Positions 26,801-38,535 of a DNA stretch of 64,000 nucleotides are shown in pieces. The notes under the pieces were generated by a model. It made no database searches, was not told the origin of the DNA, and saw only the letters and a list, made by a program, of their open reading frames with translations. A program made the translations under genes and the position numbers. The DNA is from Novakomyces olei (lineage: Eukaryota), in the NCBI GenBank assembly GCA_016906335.1, contig JADEYG010000004.1:682001-746000 (forward strand), written 5' to 3'. Within the stretch, counting starts at the first letter, position 1, and every line of letters starts with the position of its first letter.

Positions 26801-27324
26801 TACATCGCCTTTTACAGATCGAGATCAAGCACGCCATTAGCGATCAAGCACGGTTTGCTAATACGCACCGTGTCGACAAGGATTTTGAAGTCGGCCAAAA
26901 AGTATGGCTAGTGAGAAAGAACATCAGTACCACTAGGCCAAGCGACAAGTTGGATTACAAGAAAATTGGACCTTTTACAATCTTGGAACGTATCGGTTTA
27001 CGTGCATACAAGTTGGATTTACCGAACACGATGAAAATACATCCTGTATTCCATGCTTCTTTATTGGAATCGTACAAGTCTACGTCTACGATTGTGCGAC
27101 AGCAGACAGCACCACCACCACCAATAATAATTGAGAATACACCAGAGTGGGAGGTAGAGAAAGTGTTGGACTCCAGGAAGCGAAGAAATAAATTGGAATA
27201 TTTTGTACATTGGAAGGGATACGATAGTGCTAATCGCACTTGGGAGCCGGCAGGCAATTTGACAAATTGCGACGATTTAGTGAAAGAATTTCACAGATTA
27301 CACCCGGCTAAGCCGAAGCTATGA
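23707..27324 (+). CDS. pol: Pol (protease-RT-RNase H-integrase-chromodomain), reached by -1 frameshift at ~23776-23782
   Basis: ALIDSGA, LCVDYRGLN, YLDD, ETDASD, HHCC/DDE integrase and the C-terminal chromodomain EWEVEKVLDSR...VHWKGY...TWEP. Confidence 0.96.
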   Translation: MQAEEEDVQSATRRCIHARIFRFGKSERPGPMKRPDLGKQLFRPPEVMTVFTEPDKAKHLTVVVKVKTEDGELNARALIDSGATSNFISEKLASHAFIKLTEKSETEPIRVVDGRTIKSGGIRFHTSEMDISIGEHRERMTFNVIPLRGYDAILGKPWLDKHEPTIEWSRANVEFKSNYCLANCLKCNTLSESMQVSATEFARLARNGESGILCVYATDEQDIKPRVTLPGFYEGYRDLFEKKNADVLPKHQPWDHAIPLAENAKPPFGPIYPLAERELQTLRDYIKENLAKGFIRPSSSPAGAPILFVKKKDGSLRLCVDYRGLNAITVKNRYALPLISELLDRIRQATIFTRLDLRGAYNLVRIRKGDEWKTAFRTRYGHYEYQVMPFGLTNAPASFQALANDTLRDCLDRYVVVYLDDILIYSNTEEEHVEHVRGVLERLRKANLFVKLEKCEFHTDTTEFLGFVISTKGVSMENTKVKSIETWPEPKNVKEVMSFLGLANYYRRFIANYSKITVPLTRLLKKDTKFVFSDECRESFNALKDAFLGAPILVHFDPQKPSFLETDASDFAIGGILSQKDENGDTRPIAFYSRKMTSAETNYDIHDKELLAIVVCLREWRVYLESPLHKTTIYTDHRNLVYFWTARVLNRRQMRWSQLLASYDFVIVYRAGKFNHKADSLSRRSDYVSSEEEEKPERTMVLLDKSQFVFAIEDNKTLAQDIKKCYEKDSICKNIIEELKSKPRAAHLENYTIDKEGLLMFSGVIYIPRDNDLRLSIMQECHDSQTSGHPGQAKTLELVTRNYYWPRMRKDVFNYVESCDTCARSKSSHHAPYGLLHSLRVPTKPWESIAMDFIVKLPVSRDVITGKDYDSIWVIVCRFTKIGIFVPICETMSAKELALLYAHRVFANFGLPEEIISDRGSVFVSHFTKHLLAHCDIKQRLSTAYHPQSDGQTERLNQSLEQYLRIYSNYQQTNWVNLLPFAQFAYNNTEQSSTKATPSYALYGYHPKCRFTIATARQCPSADNRIDFLRTLHRLLQIEIKHAISDQARFANTHRVDKDFEVGQKVWLVRKNISTTRPSDKLDYKKIGPFTILERIGLRAYKLDLPNTMKIHPVFHASLLESYKSTSTIVRQQTAPPPPIIIENTPEWEVEKVLDSRKRRNKLEYFVHWKGYDSANRTWEPAGNLTNCDDLVKEFHRLHPAKPKL

Positions 27325-27536
27325 TGTTTACGTTAATCGCGATACAGGTTACGTCATTCAACTCACGTAATCTTACGCAATCGCGAGACTCAACTCTTGA
27401 TTTTTGTTTACGACTGCGATATAATACACAATTCGCACTAGTTATTTATCGCTATTTGGAAATATTTTTTTGAAAATGTATAAAAAATTATTAAAATCAA
27501 AACAAGATGTATCGCATATTTGAAGAATTTTGGCGC

Positions 27537-27968
27537 TCATTCCAAGCCGCGCAAAGCCGAAATTTCCGCTTTCAGCTCTAGGACCTGCTGACGGAGCGAA
27601 TCGATTTCGCGATCTTTAGCGGCCAATGCTCTTTCAACAGCAACCCCGAGGCCCTCAGACGAATCGGTTGCCGCGCATTGGGCGACTTCTACAACGGGCG
27701 TCGCAACGCGAGGAACAGTGGAGGCCAACTTTGCCTTACGAGCGTTATCATACTTACGATACTCGCGCTCGACGATCGACCCGCGTATGCGCGAATTCAA
27801 CAGGGTCGGCGACATAAACATCGCGCCCTCGCACTTGGTTTTACGCGCCGCACACGCTAAGCAGCGACGGACGCGAGGGATGGCTGTCATGAAGAACTCA
27901 CAGCGCCTCCCCTGCGAAACACAATAGTCGCACGGCTTCTCGGACACAGTCACACGTGCAAGCGACAT
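27537..27968 (-). CDS. Retrotransposon-borne antisense ORF: Zn(II)2Cys6-pattern zinc cluster + C-terminal coiled coil
   Basis: ATG-initiated 143 aa with C-x2-C-x6-C-x12-C-x2-C-x6-C and the heptad-like tail IDSLRQQVLELKAEISAL. It sits in otherwise non-coding space between pol and the PPT. Confidence 0.75.
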   Translation of the reverse strand: MSLARVTVSEKPCDYCVSQGRRCEFFMTAIPRVRRCLACAARKTKCEGAMFMSPTLLNSRIRGSIVEREYRKYDNARKAKLASTVPRVATPVVEVAQCAATDSSEGLGVAVERALAAKDREIDSLRQQVLELKAEISALRGLE

Positions 27969-29429
27969 CGCGTTCAGAACTGTCTTTGCGAACGCGACTG
28001 GATACTATTTATCTTCGCGTTTTGCCTCTTTACCCCTCTGCAACAAAACGCGAACACCCCTTTTATTTTCCCATGCTATTCTATATGTTTATTTACGCGT
28101 TTACTGAGGAGAAAATATTATTGTGACACGCGGCAAATGAAATTAGCGTTTAGTTTGTTCGCCTTTCTATTTTTATGGAATATTTTATGTTTTGCGGGCG
28201 CGGGGACCTCGCCCAAGGGAGGGGGGGATACTGTCATGATCCTCGCCTTGGCGAGTCCCTGACAACCGCGTTGGGAAGCGAGGGGCGACGCCTGTAGTCG
28301 GACTTGGGATGTCCGCGCGTCGCGAGCTTCGCCAACGCGGCCCAAGACCAGTCGGCGCGTAATGCGATGGTCTTGGGACGTAGAAGTTGTCTTAGTGCGC
28401 ATGTAGGTACGCGCACTAAGCCAGCTTGGCCCACGGGAGCGAGGGGCTCCATGCACAATGTGCACGGACCTCGCTTCCCGTTCTCATTCTCGCACGCTAG
28501 CGAGTGCGACCCTTCGCACTCCGCTAGCGCGAGAACATTCATAGTTATTTCCATAGTCTAGTTTAGGTTGAGAGCTTCCCGCTCTAACTTGCGCGACCTT
28601 CGCTCAAGTTAGTTTGGGAAGAGTAGTTTAGAGTGCGAAGGAGCATCCGCTCCTCCGCAGCTTAGTTTAGTTTATAGTTGCCCGTGAAGGCCTCTTGCCC
28701 TTCACGGGTTGATTATCTCAAAGTGGGAGTAATATATTATATTACTCCTGGTAAGCTTTACAGTAATCGCTTTCTGCTTTCCTGGTCTTTCTTATTCCTT
28801 TACTTTATTTAAACTATACACGGCCGGCCTCCAGCGATTGTAGCTGTAAGGACCGTCTTACAATATGAGGCGCTAGCTAGCGCTGAAGATAGCGCTTTTA
28901 CATTCTTTAATTTGTTTTGTTTCACTTTATTTTGTGTTACGACTTCTATTTTTAATTAGTTCTATTTATAACTATTAGCTTCTATTTTTAGATAGCAACT
29001 TAGTTAGTTTAATTAGTTTAGTTTGATTAGTTTCTCGGGCTAAGCCCCACGGAGCGTCATAAGAATGGGACACTCCCCTCTTATGTTCGCTACGTGTAAT
29101 CAAAACTTGGTGTGCAATATTTGTGTGTTCAATTTCTAGGTTCCCTATTTTCCACGTATCCTCAACAGAGCCAGCGTGAGATCTGGCATATTCACCCTAT
29201 TGCACCTTTACGACCCCTTGGAAGTAAAGCCCCCATAACAATCCAAGCATTATTTTCTCTCATAGCGTCCAACTCTGTCTTCATCGCTGATTCCCAGTCT
29301 GACGCTTGTACGCTTTCTCTAGCCTGTTTTGTGTTGGTGGGCTCAATTATGCTGTCAATAGTAATATGTGCTCGATCGTATGGTCCTGGGGGTTGGCGTA
29401 CTCTTGTTGAGCGTCTTTTACCATCATTC

Positions 29430-29789
29430 TGTTATAACTGTGGAAATTACTCACTGTTATAACTTTTAGATTAATTAAATCTACCCTTAAACTATGGAAA
29501 ACCTTGTCCTTTTATAGACTTCAAGGCTCAGCTCTTATCTTCAAAATTTGCCAAGAGATAGGATCAAGACTTTCCTATCAATTAGTAATCAGATAGGATC
29601 AGAAGTAACCGATCAATTAGTAATCACCTTATCATTGATAAGATACAGATACCCGACCAGTGGCTTGATTTAATGATTAGTAATTAAATATTCCTCCAAA
29701 TCGGTTAAATTCCCTATTTGGAGTGAATTAATTTAATTTAATTATGTCATTTTTAATTTTATTTTTACTATCTACACTATGGCCTAACA
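29430..29789. mobile_element. Solo LTR (360 bp; TGTTA...TAACA), TSD CATTC
   Basis: CATTC at 29425-29429 and 29790-29794, with copia sequence continuous across the insertion. Confidence 0.87.
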
Positions 29790-30761
29790 CATTCGTCCAC
29801 ATAGTCCCAAGCTCCTGCGTTTCCAATTCGGGTAATTCAGGATTTTCACTTATTTCTGGACTCATATTTTCTAGAGTATCTTCAAAATTTTGTTCGGATG
29901 CATCAGTATCATTTTCCTCGTCGTTTTCCTCGTCGGTTTCAATTCGTATATTTTGCTGCGAGTCATATACACTTGGTTGTTGATTAACAGCAGAATTGCT
30001 ATTCCCAAGTACTGGAACAAATGGTGTGTTTTCAGAACTATTGATGGAAACAGACCCGTTTTTGACGGTTTTATAAAATTCGGTTTCTTTAAATATCACA
30101 TCTCTTGAAATAACAATTTTGTTCCTTGACATATTCCAAAGTCGGTAAGCTTTAGCATCAGACTGATAACCTACAAAGATGTTAGGTTCACTTCTAGCAT
30201 CAAGCTTTCTTATGCCTTTTTGTTTTTTCAACATATATGCAATTCATCCAAACACTCTTAAATGATCTAACAACGGAGGTTTTTCAAATATCATCTCATA
30301 TGGTGTTTTCTTAATTATTCTGCTTGGACTCGGGTTTTTCAAATAGACACAGGCATTGACCGCCTCATCCCATAGCTTATGTGGTGTTGTTCTTTGTTTC
30401 ATTGTAGATCTGACCCTGTCAAGAATTGTTCTATTCGCTCTTTCTGCTACACCATTTTGCTGCGGCGTATAGGGTGCAAATAATTCGTGAAAAATGCCAT
30501 TTTCATTTGTAAAGTCTTCGAGAGAATTATTGATATACTCTCCTCCATTGTCACTCCGAAATCTTTTGACCTTAATTCCAAATTGCGTGTAAATCATTTT
30601 GACCAAGTTTTGGAAGCAATTATTCACCTCGAATTTGTTATTAATTACGTTGACAAATGTGTACCCACTGTAATCATCAATAAAGGTGACAAAATACCGA
30701 CGACCAAGAGCTGATACTGGAAACGGCCCACAAACATCACTGTGCAATATTTCAAATTTGT

Positions 30762-30992
30762 GAATTGTGTAGTTGTGAGCAATTTATGATTGTTAATATT
30801 GTTAATTAATTTGTTGTTCGACTATTTATTTATAGACGTTTTCCCCATAGAGGCTTAGATGTATTTATCAGAGTAGTTTGAAAATGTGCCAAGACTAGTT
30901 TGAGAATGTGCCAAGAGTAGCTTGGGAATATGCCAAGAGTGTGATAAAAAAATTGAGTAGGTTGGCAGCCAATCAGAAAACACTTTACAACA
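30762..30992 (-). mobile_element. Family C-type LTR at a ~1.4 kb gag-protease deletion of element B
   Basis: Similar to 16620-16807 (…GGCAGCCAATCAGAA…ACAACA). Its flanks join the integrase start directly to the first gag codons. Confidence 0.7.
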
Positions 30993-31920
30993 ATCTCCGT
31001 TTCCATGAGGTTTGAAAACCACTCCCGTGCTGCTCATTTTATTCAGACTCTTAATGTGTTGAATCTTGTAAGTTTGTTTCGAACGTGTTAAATGGAATAA
31101 ATGTTGTATTCAATTTTCGTTAATTATAGTGATTCTAGCTAAGTCTATTTATAGTCTGCCGGTTTACCATCGCATTCTCACGGTAAAATTTATCCCACTT
31201 CTCACGGTAAATTATATTTCTATAATTAGTAATTAGACGCTGCACAAGCTTGATTTACTTTCCTATATCCGCCACCGTGGGTTAGCAAAATCAAAAAAAT
31301 AATTAAGTAGATTGGTAGTCAATCAAAAAACTCTCTGCGACAAGAAATGCATTAAAAATTGATTTCAGCATAAGTTTTAAATAACTAAATGAATAAAGTT
31401 TGTCAATATGTACAGTAATCAATAAGGATGTTTTTTTATTTATAGAATATGGGGAATATCATGTTGAGACAACAAGTCGCAGCAACTTGCAAACTTTCAA
31501 TTATACAGGACAAAGAGTTGAAAAAATAATATACCGGCGACCTTCTTTTCCAAAAATTTAACTAAACATTTTTTCTAATGATGCTTTAATAAACAACTAA
31601 TGGCATATTTATCCTTTGCAAATAGTTTTCCATCTAAACTGCTACCCATATATCTCATTATGAAATTCGTCAAATAAACATTTCACGTTTATCTTAAGAC
31701 GGTATCAAATTACAATTGACAGCTATTTTTGTTTCGATCTGATTTCTCAATCAGATATTTCGTCTGATTGAATATTTATGCTCTTGGACTAGCAGATTTA
31801 GGTGGCGACCATATATTAAGTCAGTCTATGTAGGCTTAAAGAAATATCATATCACGATGCAGCTCTCCTACCCATGTGTTGTACCAATAACGATACCCCA
31901 GATTTGTTACACATTTCTAG

Positions 31921-32182
31921 AATACGAATGTGTCAAACTTGGACGTCACAAAAAGAGAAAAAAATGGCTGGCTACGGAGACAAGAGGAGGAAAGGATAGA
32001 ACAGCCGTAATAGCTGGAATGGCTGAAATGGCTGGAGACTTTAAATGGCTTGCGATGTCAAAAGTATAACTCAGTGGCCGGACTTAAAAGAAATTATAGA
32101 GTATAGCGTTGGTAGAATTAGAAAAGTAGCCAAAAGAGATACAAAAATTTTCTCTAAAACAAGCCAATTGAAAGCTTCTACA
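31921..32182 (+). mobile_element. Diverged solo LTR, family D
   Basis: Aligns with 18619-18862 along its length. Flanks TCTAG/TATAG are a near-TSD. Confidence 0.75.
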
Positions 32183-32614
32183 TATAGCTCGAACTTATTG
32201 TATACCTTATTCCGGAATATACACTAATCCTCATTAAAAATTAATAGAAAAATACACCAACGGTAAATTTCTAACAATTTTGACAGGCCTAGAAATCTCT
32301 TGGGTTCACTCGGCTTCACTGTAAAATTCCAATGATTTTGTTAGAGAGTCCTCAATTTGAAGAAAAAAGAAAAAATTATAGTCAAAGTCGATGTTATATA
32401 AATTGGGCTTATTGTCAAAAATAGCCAACATTTTTTTTGGTCCTTTGGTCATTCAGAAACTAAATATGTAAGCCGCTTTATTTTAATATTACCAGATGCT
32501 TGGATTTATTGAAAATTCGAGCTCATGCTGCAGCAGTTAACGAGAAATATTAATCTGCATTAAACAGGTTTGATTATGTATGCTTTGTATCCGTGCATCA
32601 AATTCTGAGCATAT

Positions 32615-35600
32615 TGTTGAATCTATAATTTCGAACGTGTTAATTTGAAACGTGTTGTATTCAATTTCGTTGGCCAACATAGTTCTATCTAGATCTATTT
32701 ATAGTCTTCTCAATGACAGTCACAATTACCAGGGTAAACTTCATTTTTTTTTCTAAGTAATCAGCTGCTGCACAAGCTTGATATACTTTCCTATACTCCC
32801 TCTCAAGCTTGTAATGATTCAATTCTAGAGTCCCCTTTCACCAGTTTTTGTCGCAAATGTATAAAAATCTTTTTACACAAAGGCTTTGTTAAAATATCCG
32901 CAAGCTGTTCTTTTGTAGATATATAATCAACAATTACTGTGCCGTTTTCCGTTAAATTGCGCAAAAACATATATCGTACATCAAGGTGCTTTAGTCGTCT
33001 CATTGGGCTTGTTTTATGCGCAATACAAATTGCGCTTTTGTTGTCGGAGCAAACACGAATTGGAGACTCAATTTTTAAAAGCTCCTTGGCCAGGTTGTAG
33101 AGACCTAATGTATGCACAATCGCCGTACAAGCACTTATATATTCAGCCTCGCATGTCGATAACGCAACAACTTTTTGTTTTGTTGACATCCAGTGAATTA
33201 ATGAATTACCCAGAAACAATGCCATTCCCGAAGTGGATTTCCTTTCGTCTCTATCACTTGCGTAGTCGGCATCGCAATAAACTTTCATGACTGGTTCAAC
33301 CGAATTGCTTTGATATTCCAGTCCCTTGTCTTTTGTATCCCTTAAATAAGCCGTGATACATTGAACCAGTTCGAGACATTCATCTGTAGGCTTTTCTTGA
33401 TATCTTGCTGCGTGGGATACAGCGAAGGATATATCTGGCCGAGTGCATCTGCTTATCCAAAGTAGCATGCCAATCCATTTGCGGTACTTTTCATTGTTTA
33501 TAGGTTTCCCATTCAATTCCACGTAATTCCTTATGGGAATTCGTTTTTTAGGCAAGTCGTAGCAATCGAATTCTTTAATTATTTTTGTAATTGCTGCCTT
33601 CTGACTTATTTTCAAATTTCCAATTTTCTGATCATAACAAAATTCCATCCCAAGAAATTGATGAATCTCACCCAAATCTTTGACCTTAAATGCTCTTTGT
33701 AATTTTTCCTTTGTTCGTTTCATTTCATTTAAATTCTCGCCCATAATAATAATGTCATCAACATAAATAAGCAAAAATAAATTACCTTGGGAGCTGTATA
33801 GTATACAGTCTTCGACCTTCGGTTCCATAAATCCAATTTCCATTAACACTGTAAAAAGCTTTTTGTACCAACATCTAGGGGCCTGCTTTAAACCGTAGAG
33901 CGATCTTTTCAATTTGCATACTTTTCCTGTTCCGTCGTCGAATCCTTCTGGTTGTTTCATATAAACGCATTCTTCTAATTCGCCGTTTAAGAATGCAGTT
34001 GTAACATCCATCTGATGAATATTCCATTTTTGCATTGCTCCATAAGCCAGTAAAGTGCGAAATGATTCTAAGGACATGGTCGGGGCGTATGTCGCTTGAT
34101 AATCTACTCCCTCACGCTGACCAAATCCCTTTGCAACCAATCGTGCTCGGTAACGTCCAACTTCCCCATCAACATTTGCTTTAGCTTTAAAGACCCATCG
34201 ATTTCCAATGACATTAGCTCCCTCTGGCGCGTTCACTAGTACCCAAGCGTCATTTTCTTTCATTGCGTCCAATTCTGTCTTCATCGCTAATTCCCATTCT
34301 GATGCTTGCACGCTTTCTCTAGCTTGTTTCGTATTGGTAGGCTCAATTATACTGTCAATACTAATATGCGCATGATCGTATGGTCCTGGCAAACTACGTA
34401 TTCGGGTTGAGCGTCTTTTACCATCGTCGGTCCATTTAGTTCCAAGCTCCTCCGTTTGCAATTCGGATAATTCAGAATTGTCATTAATTTTTGGACTCAT
34501 ATTTTCTAGAGTATCTTCAAAACTTTGTTCCGATGCGTCCGAATAATTTTCAATTTGCTCGTCAATTTGCTCGTCAATTTGCTCGTCATTTTGCTCGTCA
34601 TTTTGCTCGTTATTTTCCTCGTTATTTTCAATTTGTATACCCTGCTGAAATTCAGACACATTTGACTGTTGCAAATTATTGACAGTAGAAATATCATTTC
34701 CAAGTGCTGGAATAAATGTTGTATTTTCAGAGCTGTTGATGGATTTATTTTCCACAGTTTCATAAAATTCTATTTCTTTAAATATTACATCCCTTGAAAC
34801 AACAATTTTGTTCCTTGACATATTCCAAAGTCGATAAGCTTTAGCATTGGATTGATACCCTACAAAGATATGGGGTTCACTTCTAGCATCCAATTTTCTT
34901 ATATCGTTATGTTTGTTCAGGACATATGCAATGCATCCAAACACTCTCAAATGATCTAATAACGGAGGCTTTCCAAATATCATCTCATATGGTGTTTTAT
35001 TAATTATTCTGCTTGGGCTCCGATTTTTCAAATACACACAGGCATTGACCGCCTCATCCCATAGCTTTTGTGGAGTCTTCCTTTGAATCATTGTAGACCT
35101 GACCCTGTCAAGAATTGTTCTATTCGCCCTTTCTGCAACTCCATTTTGCTGCGGCGTATAAGGTGCGGATTTTTCATGAACAATGCCATTTTCGTTTGTA
35201 AACTTTTCGAAAGATTTATTAATATACTCGCCTCCATTGTCACTCCGAAATCTTTTGACCTTAATTCCAAATTGCGTGTAAATCATTTTGATCAAGTTCT
35301 GAAAACAATCATTCACTTCGAATTTATTATTGATTGTGTTGACAAAAGTGTACCCACTGTTATCATCAATAAAAGTGACAAAATAACGATGACCAAGCGC
35401 TGATACTGGAAACGGCCCACAAACATCACTGTACAATAATTCAAATTTGTCGGTTGCTCTCATTCGTCCTTCTGGGAATGGCTGGCGCGCCATTTTTCCT
35501 TCAATGCAACTTTCACAACCAACGCAACTTTCACAACCAACATTTAAGTTGCTTCTATTAACTTCGTGTTGTATTTTCCCAGCACCAAGTCCTTTGGCGA

Positions 35601-37127
35601 GTTCAACCATATATCTCTCATTTAAATGCATTAATCGTTCATGCCAAAGATTTTGTCTGTCATTTTTTGTAGCATATAGTGCAAGCATCTTTTTTCTAGG
35701 GGCATAGTCAACAATTTTTGTATCAACAGGATACAAATTATTTTCTTTATCAAAGTCTCCAAGCTTTCTTCCAGTTGTGTCATAAAGTACAGCTTTGCCT
35801 TTTGTGAAATAAACCGATATATGCTCATTATCGAGTGCGCCAAGTGAGATTAAATTGAAACCAAGCGATGGTACCCACAAGACATTTTTCAATAAAACTT
35901 GGTTATCTTAGACAAATTTAAACTTATATTTCCGTATCCCAATGCTCTTAATTTTTCTTTTCCCGCAGCAAGTACAAAATGATGTTCATCACTATTATAA
36001 CGTTTTAGATTGGTGAAGGCCAATTCATTGTCCGTCATGTGCTGCGATGCTCCACAGTCAAGAATCCATTTTGTGCTGATACTTTTGGAAATACTTGAAG
36101 ACTTTATAAATGCCACACGATAGTAATGTTCAGACAATTTATTACTATCAGTTCTTCTCAAATTTTTGTCACAGTCCGCTCTGAAATGACCTTTCTCACC
36201 ACAAATAAAACAGCTGCGATTTTTGAATCTGCAGTTAGTTTCGGTATGACCCTTTTTCTTGCAATATTTGCATATCGCAACACGAGAGGCTGCCAACGCC
36301 ATTTCCGAGCTTAAGTTATCTCCATTATCTCCTAGCATTGCTTCAAGTACAATTTCTTGTACTTCTTTGAGATTAATATTCTTCGAACGCTCCCAGATAC
36401 GTATCTCACTTTTGAGCGACTCGCAACCTTTTATCATATTTAGGTATATTTGACAAACTTCTTCAGCATGTAGGTCCTTTCGCAACTCGCGTAAACTCAG
36501 GATGAGACTGTTAAATCGTGTATTCAGTTCCGCAATTTGTCCCAAACCTTGTGTATGCAGTCCATACAGTTCGCCCGTAACTTGAACGATTAAGCGGTAT
36601 CTTCTATCCAAGAAGACGGCATCAATGCTGGAGAGCAGTGATTTCGGTGTCAATGCCTTTTGACAAACATCGTCAAGGACTGGAACCGAAATTATCTCCT
36701 TAAGAGTAAGGAGAAGCATAGCCGACGTAGATTTTTAGCCGATATCGTCGGTAAAATTCCCTTCAACTGAGGCATTTGGCATCACGTGTGCCAGTCCGTA
36801 AGTCTCAAGAATTCCGCCCAATTTCGATTTCCACTGAGGATACTCGATCAAGTTAGTCAACCTTGGAATAACCAGGAACGGCAAATCTCCATTTCCATGA
36901 GGTTTGAAAACCACTCCCGTGCTGCTCATGTTTCAGACTCTTAATCTGTTGAATCTATAATTTCGAACGTGTTAATTTGAAACGTGTTGTATTCAATTTC
37001 GTTGGCCAACATAGTTCTATCTAGATCTATTTATAGTCTTCTCAATGACAGTCACAATTACCAGGGTAAACTTCATTTTTTTTTCTAAGTAATCAGCTGC
37101 TGCACAAGCTTGATATACTTTCCTATA
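32615..37127 (-). mobile_element. Young Ty1/copia element A with identical 181-bp LTRs
   Basis: LTRs at 32615-32795 and 36947-37127, TSD CATAT, PBS 36936-36946, PPT GAGAGGGAG. Confidence 0.96.
32803..36929 (-). pseudogene. Copia gag-pol polyprotein with one in-frame TAA (36735-36737) and a 1-nt frameshift (~35908)
   Basis: Two CCHC knuckles, WILDCGASQHM, integrase, RT (YVDD) and RNase H (ADILTK), split over three ORFs. Confidence 0.88.
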
Positions 37128-38146
37128 CATATCATATTGCCGAAATTATTAGTACAACTACAAAGGACTTCATGATGATTTGTAAATTTCAAATTTGGAG
37201 AATTGTCAAAATTCGACTCTTTTATTCACTTATCCCCTCTTATAGCTGCCTCCAAAAAGAGAAGCATCGCATATACAACAATGATACCGTTGCCACTAAA
37301 TAATGGAAGCCCTTTCTGGTGGTTATCGAAGTTCAAATTAATTAATTATTTGCAGTGATGCGCAAAATTTTTACGAAACACATTAAGGTCAAGATGTTAA
37401 AATGAAAAAAAGCAGCTTTCTCACATTCTAAATTTGTTTTATGGCAGCTTAATTCTTTATCCTCACCAAGCCATGATGGCAGAAAATAATAAGCTATTTT
37501 GCTTAAGCAAAACTTTAAAAACTCAACATATGAAAAACAACAACACCAAAAACATCTAAACAATAATTCACATCAGGATGAGCATTAGCTGCAAAGAATT
37601 AGACGCAAGTGCAAATTTATTTACCAAGAATTGAAGGCAAATTAATAATTTTGGTTTTCGCAGACGTTGAGCACGTCTATTTACATACTGGAGGTTGTAC
37701 TGCAGAAAAAGTCAGCATAAGAAACGTAGCCGACTGTAATCAGTTCAAAGGCTAATGATTGAGTTTTTCATAGACGGGCTCCCTAAAACAGTTGCTTTTA
37801 TTGATATCTAAAATTAATTATTGTCGCCTGTTATAGACTTTCTCCCCTCATCATCTCGGCCTTCATTTAGCAGCACATAGATACATTGAACGTTATATTA
37901 TACCAGACGACTGTTGACTCTAATAGCATTTTAGCTTTGTGGAAGCCATCAGACTACTGTTGTAGATTTTGTTTTGTTCTATCTTTTCGAAACTTTTCCC
38001 AAATAGAATGCTAAACCAAAAGCGTTTGGCGATATTAAGTGCTGATAATTTTTTTAAAACGCCCTGCATATTGGACGCGAATTTCCCAAAATTTCGACGC
38101 AAGAAACTACCTAAATTGTAATTAGACTTTTAAGGGCAAAAATGGG

Positions 38147-38535
<389 letters not shown>

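Larger units (their letters stand above)
21904..28862 (+). mobile_element. Intact Ty3/gypsy chromovirus LTR retrotransposon
   Basis: 631-bp LTRs at 21904-22534 and 28232-28862 (one mismatch seen by eye), TSD ATATG, PPT AAGGGAGGGGGGGA before the 3' LTR, and open gag and pol. Confidence 0.97.
21621..29240. mobile_element. Solo LTR (~656 bp; TGTTA...TAACA, TSD ATCCA) split by the gypsy insertion
   Basis: Halves at 21621-21903 and 28868-29240. ATCCA at 21616-21620 and 29241-29245, with copia RT sequence continuous across the junction. Confidence 0.85.
18915..31267 (-). mobile_element. Ty1/copia element B, disrupted by five LTR-derived insertions
   Basis: 211-bp LTRs at 18915-19125 and 31057-31267, TSD TCCGC, PPT GAGAGGGAG. 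RNase H, RT and integrase fragments (19133-19579, 20213-21014, 21418-21620, 29790-30760) are closely similar to element A. Confidence 0.92.
16620..31342 (-). mobile_element. Old copia element C (outermost host of the nest)
   Basis: 3' LTR ~16620-16807 next to a PPT and an RNase H remnant (HKGSPMKKLKHL). Protease WILDSEAAAHMT at ~18150-18195, PBS at 18570-18580. The 5' LTR is split into 18581-18914 and 31273-31342. Confidence 0.7.

Noticed and set aside
35905-35925. Programmed -1 frameshift at T TTA AAT in copia A
   Set aside because: The -1 frame hits TAA immediately afterwards, and the older copy shows a simple 1-nt deletion instead.
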